A stretch of DNA of 22,482 nucleotides from a virus. Its lineage: Duplodnaviria > Heunggongvirae > Uroviricota > Caudoviricetes. Where the stretch lies: the IMG/VR virus record IMGVR_UViG_2531839146_000018. One strand, written 5' to 3'. Made by a program: the position numbers and the translations under genes. Positions 16,735 through 22,482 of the stretch are shown here, piece by piece (the first letter of the stretch is position 1; the number at the start of each line of letters is the position of its first letter). The notes under the pieces are model-generated. The model worked only from the letters and a program-made list of their open reading frames with translations. It was not told the DNA's origin and searched no databases.

Positions 16735-18839
16735 TGGCTAAAGCATGGAAAGATGTTATCGCCTCTCCACAGTATCAGGCGTTAGCACCAGAACAAAAAG
16801 TGCAGGCTCAGGAGCAATACTTCAATGAAGTCGTGGCCCCACAAGCCGGAGAAAGTGTAGAGCAGGCTAAGCAGGCTTTTTATGCTGCCTATCCACTACC
16901 ATCAACGAATGAAATAGACAGATCCCAATCAGCAACTCAAAATATTCAACATACATCATCTGATAATTCTCTTGCGTCAGGGTATGCAAAGTTAGCTACT
17001 CAGCAAAGAGAGGGGCTTGAGCGTTCAGCAGAACAGGGAGCCAGTCTTGGGGCTGCGATGCGCGATGCTATAACAGGCGAAAGCCGAATGACTCCAGAGA
17101 TGGAGAGACTGCAAAATGTCGCCTCTGCCCCAGAATTGAACTCACTAAGCATGGATGCCCTGAAGGCTGGATGGTCTCAACTTTTCGGCTCTGACGCGTC
17201 TCAGGAAAAGATTCTTCAGGGAATGGGGGCGACATTAAGGCAGGATGAGAAGGGGAATACTATCGTTTCTCTTCCATCAGGTGATTATGCCCTGAACAAG
17301 CCGGGTTTATCACCGCAAGACCTGACTTCGTTTCTTGCTAATGCGTTGGCGTTTACACCAGCGGGCAGGGCTGGAACGGTGCTTGGTGCCATAGGAAAAT
17401 CAGCAGCTACAGATTTAGCACTACAGGGAGCCACCAGCCTTGCTGGTGGAGAAGATATTGATCCGTTACAAACGGTAATTTCTGCTGGCATTGGTGGTAT
17501 TGGTAAGGGGCTGGAAAATACAGCGAGTGCGGTTTCGAGGGCTGTTCGTGGTGATATGTCTCCTGAAGCAAAGGCTGCTGTCGACTTTGCATCGGAAAGA
17601 AATCTGCCGTTAATGACCAGTGACATGCTGAAAGATAAAACCTTTATGCAGAGTCAGGCTCAGACATTAGGCGAAAGAGTTCCTTTTTTTGGAACCGGTA
17701 AGAATCGACTGAATCAACAACAAGCACGAGAAAATTTAGTCAGAACATTTAGCGATGGTCTGGGTAGCATTTCTGATAAACAGCTTTATGAATCTGCGAC
17801 TAAAGGGCAACAAAAATTCATTGAGGCAGCAGGAAAGCGATATAACCGCATAATTGACGCTATGGGGGATACCCCTGTCGATCTCTCAAACACGGTAAAA
17901 ACTATCGACAATCAGATTGCCGTGTTAAGCCGCCCTGGCAAATCTCAGGATAGAGCCGCGGTAAAAGTCTTGCAGCAATTTAAAGACGATATCACCAGCG
18001 GACCAAATGACCTGCGTCTGGCGAGGGAAAACAGAACCGATCTTCGAAAGCGATTTATAGCGTCATCTGACACTGTTGATAAAGATACGCTACAGAAAGC
18101 CAGCGATATTATCTACAAGGCATATACGGCGGATATGAAAAAAGCCGTAGCCAAAAATCTTGGAGCAGACGAAGCCATTAATATGGCAAGGGTTGATCGC
18201 TCATGGTCTAAATTCAATGACATGATGGGAAGAACACGCGTTCAAAAGGCAATAGCCAGCGGCAAGTCCACGCCTGAGGATGTAACAAAACTCGTTTTTA
18301 GCCAAAGCCCATCAGAACGTTCTCAGCTTTACAGGCTTCTGGATGACAATGGTAGGCAAAACGCACGAGCAGCCATAGTTCAGAATGCTGTAGATAAGGC
18401 GACTGATCCGTCTGGAAATATCAGTGTTGAGAAGTTTATTAATGCGTTACACCGGAACAGGAAGCAATCAGCAACTTTCTTTAAAGGCGTACATGGAAAG
18501 GAACTGGACGGCGTTATTAAATACCTCAACGATACAAGACACGCGGCAAAAGCGAACGTTCAAAACTTAAATGGTCAGCAACTTTATGGATTATTAGTTG
18601 GTGGTGGCATCATAAACGCAGCAGTATTGGCGGGGATGCTAAAAACGGCTGCGTTTGTTGTTCCTGCTGCTGGTGCCGTAGGCGGAGCAGCGAAGGCATA
18701 CGAAAGCCCTGTTATACGAAATGCCTTGTTACGTCTGGCAAATACGCCAAAAGGTAGCACAGCATATGACAGAGCGATCAGTACGGTCACACAATCGCTC
18801 ACCAGAGTCGCACAGGCATCACAAAAAGAAGCTCAATAA
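16734..18839 (+). CDS. Large low-complexity protein (701 aa) with C-terminal hydrophobic segments; candidate ejection/injection (P22 gp16-like) protein
   Basis: TAATG overlap with the upstream gene, GGGGTGA Shine-Dalgarno; C-terminal membrane-like region LYGLLVGGGIINAAVLAGML... Confidence 0.8.
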   Translation: MAKAWKDVIASPQYQALAPEQKVQAQEQYFNEVVAPQAGESVEQAKQAFYAAYPLPSTNEIDRSQSATQNIQHTSSDNSLASGYAKLATQQREGLERSAEQGASLGAAMRDAITGESRMTPEMERLQNVASAPELNSLSMDALKAGWSQLFGSDASQEKILQGMGATLRQDEKGNTIVSLPSGDYALNKPGLSPQDLTSFLANALAFTPAGRAGTVLGAIGKSAATDLALQGATSLAGGEDIDPLQTVISAGIGGIGKGLENTASAVSRAVRGDMSPEAKAAVDFASERNLPLMTSDMLKDKTFMQSQAQTLGERVPFFGTGKNRLNQQQARENLVRTFSDGLGSISDKQLYESATKGQQKFIEAAGKRYNRIIDAMGDTPVDLSNTVKTIDNQIAVLSRPGKSQDRAAVKVLQQFKDDITSGPNDLRLARENRTDLRKRFIASSDTVDKDTLQKASDIIYKAYTADMKKAVAKNLGADEAINMARVDRSWSKFNDMMGRTRVQKAIASGKSTPEDVTKLVFSQSPSERSQLYRLLDDNGRQNARAAIVQNAVDKATDPSGNISVEKFINALHRNRKQSATFFKGVHGKELDGVIKYLNDTRHAAKANVQNLNGQQLYGLLVGGGIINAAVLAGMLKTAAFVVPAAGAVGGAAKAYESPVIRNALLRLANTPKGSTAYDRAISTVTQSLTRVAQASQKEAQ

Positions 18840-18842
18840 CTG

Positions 18843-18869
18843 GTTAGCCACGGATGGCTAATTTTTGTT
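18843..18869 (+). terminator. Rho-independent terminator candidate for the cargo operon (stem GTTAGCCA/TGGCTAA(T), loop CGGA, then TTTTTGTT)
   Basis: Hairpin and T-run read directly, 4 nt after the stop of the 701 aa gene. Confidence 0.65.
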
Positions 18870-19277
18870 CTTTGCTCTCATCCACAGGTAAAGAAGGGCA
18901 AGAACAAGACAAAAAACAGAGAATAGATAACCTACCTCATATGGTGCGCCAAAAAAATTAGCTATTGATACGGGCAAAAAAGCTGAAGCGATCAAAATTG
19001 AAAGGCAAAAAATAAGCCCAGTAATATAGTTTATTAAATTCTTAAATGAGAAATGTTTTGCTTGATTTACGGTCTTAGCGAATGATCGCTTAACGACGGA
19101 TAAAAGCAAATAGATGGCGACAGTTGCTAATGCCCCTTTCCACCAATCTGGATATAGTTTTGCGACAATCAGACCAAGGAAAACCATGATGACAGCCTGA
19201 GCATTCACACCAACCCTCCCTTTAGCGTTGTTTAGAATGGCAATCATCATATATCCAAGACATGGCATTTGGTACAT
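18858..19277 (-). CDS. Small integral membrane protein (139 aa, about 4 hydrophobic helices), AT-rich; moron-like, candidate superinfection-exclusion or abortive-infection factor
   Basis: Convergent with the cargo operon; strongly hydrophobic segments; markedly lower GC than neighbours. Confidence 0.6.
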   Translation of the reverse strand: MYQMPCLGYMMIAILNNAKGRVGVNAQAVIMVFLGLIVAKLYPDWWKGALATVAIYLLLSVVKRSFAKTVNQAKHFSFKNLINYITGLIFCLSILIASAFLPVSIANFFGAPYEVGYLFSVFCLVLALLYLWMRAKNKN

Positions 19278-19401
19278 AGCTTGGGTCGGGATTTCAAATC
19301 CGATCCCCGTTGATGGGGCCGTTACAGTACGCGCATATCCGCTTTATGTGAAACAGGAAGATTTTTCTGATATCACTGCCACAGCAAAACACCAATTTCG
19401 G

Positions 19402-19704
19402 GACAAGTACGCGCGCGAGGGGTATCAGTTGCAAAAAATTTTGCAACTACGTCCGACCAGTATGCACACGATGGCGGGGGGATACCATAAAACTGTTCTC
19501 TACATGAGACAGAGTGGTGGTGATGTGTTGATTATCGGCGTATATGCGCACAGGACGCGCTATGACGATGTTTTATGCGGGTACACCAATCCCATGTATC
19601 TGGTGTGATAAATCGCGTTACATGACCTCTCATGTTGTGCTGGTGGTTATCACGACGTTCTGAATCTGGCCTTTGCCTGGTATTTTGCGACAAGTACGCG
19701 CGCG
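19402..19704. repeat. Degenerate GC-rich region with a 16 bp direct repeat GACAAGTACGCGCGCG (19402-19417 and 19689-19704) and an operator-like inverted repeat GTTGCAAAA-AA-TTTTGCAAC (19428-19447)
   Basis: Repeats read directly; no convincing ORF on either strand. Confidence 0.4.
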
Positions 19705-20252
19705 TAGCATCGAAATAATCGGATGGCGTATGCTGCTGGTAATATGAAGACCGATAGCATTAACCGTAAGGAGAAAGACTTCTCGATAACGGCAAGATCG
19801 CGGCAAGGGGGCTGAATTGCGAGGCGAGATTAAGCAACTGTCTTGAACGTAAAAATCATGGAGCAACATGATGGTACGATTCATTCCATTCTTCGTTCTT
19901 TCTGAGCATTGCGTTCAGGCTTAGTCAAAATTAGTGTTGCGAGCGGACCTATTAGTAATTGTTAGTGCGATGCGCCTGTTATGGATTGTTATGGTTGTGG
20001 CAGGCCTGATTAATATCCAGTATGACCACCAGCTATGAGAGGCCACCTCAGTGGTTCGCAGTTGCAGGTTTGCACTCAGGTTCGCAGGGTTTTGGCTACT
20101 TTCACGTGCGAACCTGCAGAATTGCAAAGGACAACTAAGTCCTCTGGCCAACTCCCGGTTTATGAGCGACACAGTCCGCCTGGCGCATCGTTTTCGTCGA
20201 GTGCGCCCATCAGCTTGTCCATGGACTATCCACCACTCGATATTAAAGCTAA

Positions 20253-20438
20253 TCATTGGTTGCCAGCCCGCGAATCAAGTTTGTTCTGGATCCAAGCTTC
20301 AACCTCCTCAAGCGACCATCTAGCTGATCTACCAATTTTAACTGGCTGTGGAAACGTGCCCGTCTTAACCCATGAGTAGATTGCCGTTTTCTTGAAGCCC
20401 GTTCTGAGCATAACTTCGCTTAATTTGATAAGGCGCAT
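20253..20438 (-). CDS. Second AlpA-family regulator (61 aa), opposite orientation to the first
   Basis: MRLIKLSEVMLRTGFKKTAIYSWVKTGTFPQPVKIGRSARWSLEEVEAWI matches the AlpA signature. Confidence 0.75.
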   Translation of the reverse strand: MRLIKLSEVMLRTGFKKTAIYSWVKTGTFPQPVKIGRSARWSLEEVEAWIQNKLDSRAGNQ

Positions 20439-20486
20439 AGAGGCTCCTCTGCTTTAGATTAAGCATAGTGACAATCTGGCTTTGGC

Positions 20487-20521
20487 GGTATCCAAAAGCG
20501 AGGTATCCATGTTGGTATCCA
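20487..20521. repeat. Three direct GGTATCCA repeats spaced 12-15 bp, upstream of the minus-strand alpA-like gene; candidate binding sites
   Basis: Read directly at 20487-20494, 20502-20509 and 20514-20521. Confidence 0.35.
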
Positions 20522-20689
20522 CCAAAACGCTGTTTACCAAAAAAGTTACCACCGGAACAGGACATTTTGAGCTGTAACTTAACACATAGCATATGGAGTT
20601 CACGCATAGACTTCACGCACAACGGCTCCGGCCAGTGAAGAATCACCCTGGCTGGCAATATAATGCCGATCACCATCAGAGGGGGATCC

Positions 20690-20881
20690 ATGACACCACG
20701 AGAAATCGAGCTGCTGACCATTGCCAAGCTGGAGCATGACGGCCACCAGCTCAGCCCGGCAGAACTGCGGGAATTAAGGCGCCAGCTGGCAGAGGGCCCT
20801 GTAATAGCCAGGCGGTACCGCGAAATGATGACCAGCCCCGCATATCGCTGGAGCAAACCAGCGCCGCTCCGTGCGCGGTGA
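20690..20881 (+). CDS. Small hypothetical protein (63 aa; MTPREIELLTIAKLEHDGHQLSPAELRELRRQLAEGPV...)
   Basis: GGGGGA Shine-Dalgarno just upstream of the ATG at 20690; helical charged composition; function unknown. Confidence 0.45.
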   Translation: MTPREIELLTIAKLEHDGHQLSPAELRELRRQLAEGPVIARRYREMMTSPAYRWSKPAPLRAR

Positions 20882-20955
20882 GCAGCACCTAACCAGCACT
20901 AGACAAGCCCTGTGCTGGTGGATGTCCCTCATAATTAGCGGTTTTTAAACAGCGT

Positions 20956-21077
20956 GTTGGTTCACGGCCTCTTTTTGTTGGTTCAAAAATGGGGTGTGTT
21001 GGTTCACTTTTTGCGAATAATTCTTTTAAAAACAATACTCTTTACAAATTGAACCAACTGAACCAACTGAACCAACA
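20956..21077. repeat. Second iteron-type origin-like region, inverted relative to 13441-13555: three TGTTGGTTCA (20956-21007), AT-rich spacer, three TGAACCAAC (21051-21077)
   Basis: The reverse complement of 21020-21077 is nearly identical to 13437-13495 (about 58 bp); the remaining iterons have different spacing. Confidence 0.7.
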
Positions 21078-21112
21078 CCTTTTTGCTTATCTATATAGTC
21101 TGAGAGGCAGAA

Positions 21113-21400
21113 ATGATAAGGGACAGGAAAGCTGAAGATCTGGAGTCAAAAGGGCTATACCGGAGAGCTGCCGCACGATGGGCAGAAATCATGATGCTGG
21201 CAGATGGCGATAAAGAACGTGAACATGCAGCAAACAGACGCTCTGAATGTATCCGTAAGGCGGCACGCCAACCAGCAACTACAGACAGATTCGGAGATTT
21301 AAGACAGGCAGTTAAGCGAACTCATTCGGCTCTTGGTATGGATGAGGAAGCGAGAGGGTACTTCAGGCGTTATCGCGATAAAGATTGCCAGAGACAGTAA
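21113..21400 (+). CDS. Small basic protein (95 aa), possibly a PerC-family transcriptional regulator
   Basis: GAGAGG Shine-Dalgarno; N-terminus MIRDRKAEDLESKGLYRRAAARWAEIM resembles the PerC/Pch family as recalled; uncertain. Confidence 0.55.
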   Translation: MIRDRKAEDLESKGLYRRAAARWAEIMMLADGDKEREHAANRRSECIRKAARQPATTDRFGDLRQAVKRTHSALGMDEEARGYFRRYRDKDCQRQ

Positions 21401-21489
21401 TGCTCTCTCTGTTTTGGCAAATTACCCTTCACTTTGAAGAGATCGGAGCTATAAAAATGGTGTTATCCGGCTTCCTCAAATTGAGGTTT

Positions 21490-21750
21490 CCGAAAATATC
21501 AGCGGGTTAGCGATTAATCTGGCGAGTAATTAAACTGCGAAAATTTCGTAGGGGGTTACGAAAATTTCGTAGGTCTACTCATGGTTTAGGCTTACTTTCC
21601 CGACATCCCCCAATGGGTGGGGGCGAAATAATCAATGGGTTAGGCTTACCTCCCCCATTTCCTGCATTGCAGGTTTTCGAAAGAATCAATGGGTTAGGTC
21701 ATCGTGCAAATTTGCACTCTGACAGCCAACGCAATTTCTCGTTGGCGGAA
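21490..21750. repeat. Structured repeat array: three units (about 53 bp period) each starting (AAT)CAATGGGTTAGGCTTAC-like and followed by a different GC-rich hairpin; two CGAAAATTTCGTAGG motifs; perfect palindrome GTGCAAATTTGCAC (21704-21717)
   Basis: Unit starts at about 21580, 21633 and 21687; hairpins CCCCCAATGGGTGGGGG, CCTGCATTGCAGG and GCCAACG...CGTTGGC read directly. Confidence 0.5.
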
Positions 21751-21847
21751 ATATCAGGTATTTACTGAACGAACGGTCTACCCGCCTGTTCAACTACCAG
21801 TTGTACATGGCTGCTTTATGTGCAAATGGTGGTGAGAGAAAATTGTT

Positions 21848-21952
21848 TGGGGGTACTTTTGGGGGTATCTTCAAAGATGTAATTGGAAAATATCTTTATA
21901 TATCAATGTATTTTTATTGTTTGTTTTGTTCCTATTATCGCACCATTTAAAT
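21848..21952. repeat. Right-end copies of repeat Y (21848-21868) and repeat X (21925-21952); candidate attR or integrase-binding region marking the right boundary of the island
   Basis: Y matches 4289-4309 at 20 of 21 positions; X matches 4153-4181 at about 24 of 29; the X/Y order is reversed relative to the left junction. Confidence 0.45.
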
Positions 21953-22071
21953 CAATAAGTTACCCCATATTTAAATACACCACGTTTCCTCCTGTGCCGT
22001 ATTTGTGCCATTGTAACCCTGGCAATTCATCAAAATACTGTTCTGACATCAGGCAATGCAGGTGCAGACAT

Positions 22072-22482
22072 TTAAGCCAATTGCTGCCGCCATTCCTTGA
22101 CGTGGTCAATCAGGGCGCGGAGCTTTGGTGCAATATTGCGACGCTGTGGGAAATACAGATAGAAGCCTGGAAATTGTGGAAGAAAGTCATCAAGCAGCGA
22201 TACAAGCTTACCGCTTTCAATATATGGCCTGAAAGTTTCCTGAGTGGCAATTGTTATTCCTTCACCGACAAGAGCCAGCTGCAACATCAGACGCAGATCA
22301 TTAGTCGTAATCTGCGGTTCAATCGCAAGGTCGAAAGTTCTCCCGTTTTCTTCAAATGGCCAGCGATAAGGCGCAACCTCCGGGGACTGACGCCAGCCGA
22401 TACACTTATGGGTATTTCCCCCGGAGGCGAGAAAGCGCTCTCCACGCCCGGCCGCAAGGATCAGGACGACGGGGGCAGGCAT
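22072..22482 (-). CDS. LysR-family transcriptional regulator, C-terminal substrate-binding domain (partial; N-terminus lies beyond the window end)
   Basis: C-terminal region ...LVGEGITIATQETFRPYIESGKLVSLLDDF...FYLYFPQRRNIAPKLRALIDHV is typical of LysR-type effector domains; taken as chromosomal flank. Confidence 0.75.
   Translation of the reverse strand: MPAPVVLILAAGRGERFLASGGNTHKCIGWRQSPEVAPYRWPFEENGRTFDLAIEPQITTNDLRLMLQLALVGEGITIATQETFRPYIESGKLVSLLDDFLPQFPGFYLYFPQRRNIAPKLRALIDHVKEWRQQLA

Noticed and set aside
19270-19335. Possible tRNA 3' fragment (GGGTCGGGATTTCAAATCCGATCCCCG) that could be an att site
   Set aside because: The hairpins do not form a canonical T-arm (no 5 bp stem around a TTCRANY loop) and no acceptor stem or CCA context is present; more likely a simple palindrome
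19630-20379. ORFs 19630-19884 (-), 19921-20256 (-), 20035-20379 (+) and 20051-20323 (+)
   Set aside because: Mutually overlapping on both strands with Arg/Ser/Cys-rich translations and no ribosome-binding sites; the region looks degenerate or noncoding
20365-20856. Minus-strand ORF of 163 aa
   Set aside because: Overlaps the AlpA-like gene, the GGTATCCA repeats and the better-supported small plus-strand gene at 20690; the translation is unprotein-like
21490-21750. CRISPR array
   Set aside because: Repeat units are not identical, they are of irregular length and interleaved with hairpins rather than unique spacers, and no cas genes are present

Overview
This 22.5 kb window reads as a composite accessory region of an Enterobacteriaceae chromosome (E. 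coli/Shigella-like, judged from the IS1 end and P4-type integrase). All calls come from reading the sequence and from recalled family knowledge; no database search was run. Layout: (1) 1-331, a partial IS1 (complete insA plus terminal inverted repeat) that appears to truncate the 5' end of a large plus-strand gene. (2) 332-2654, two plus-strand genes of unknown function (a coiled-coil, Gly/Ala-rich protein and a 237 aa protein) converging on a 444 aa tyrosine integrase on the minus strand (2736-4070). (3) 4071-4340, a junction carrying short repeats. (4) 4341-13560, a P4-like / PICI-like satellite core: P4-type integrase, AlpA, Bro-N/KilA-C antirepressor, a block of translationally coupled small genes, a zinc-finger/Toprim/Walker-A primase-helicase, and an iteron origin directly downstream. 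(5) 14003-19277, a cargo region: a small RHH-like gene, four tightly coupled genes encoding low-complexity Q/A/G-rich proteins of 153/225/473/701 aa, and a convergent AT-rich membrane-protein gene. (6) 19300-21400, a degenerate stretch with a second, inverted AlpA-like gene, a second inverted copy of the iteron origin and a PerC-like small gene. (7) 21490-21952, a structured repeat array and copies of the repeats seen at the left junction. (8) 22072-end, the 3' part of a LysR-type regulator gene, taken as chromosomal flank. The most interesting candidates are the duplicated inverted origins bracketing the cargo, and the cargo operon itself, whose sizes, order and composition resemble a P22-like ejection-protein module (gp14/gp7/gp20/gp16) sitting inside a satellite-like element. 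No tRNA, rRNA or CRISPR array was found.
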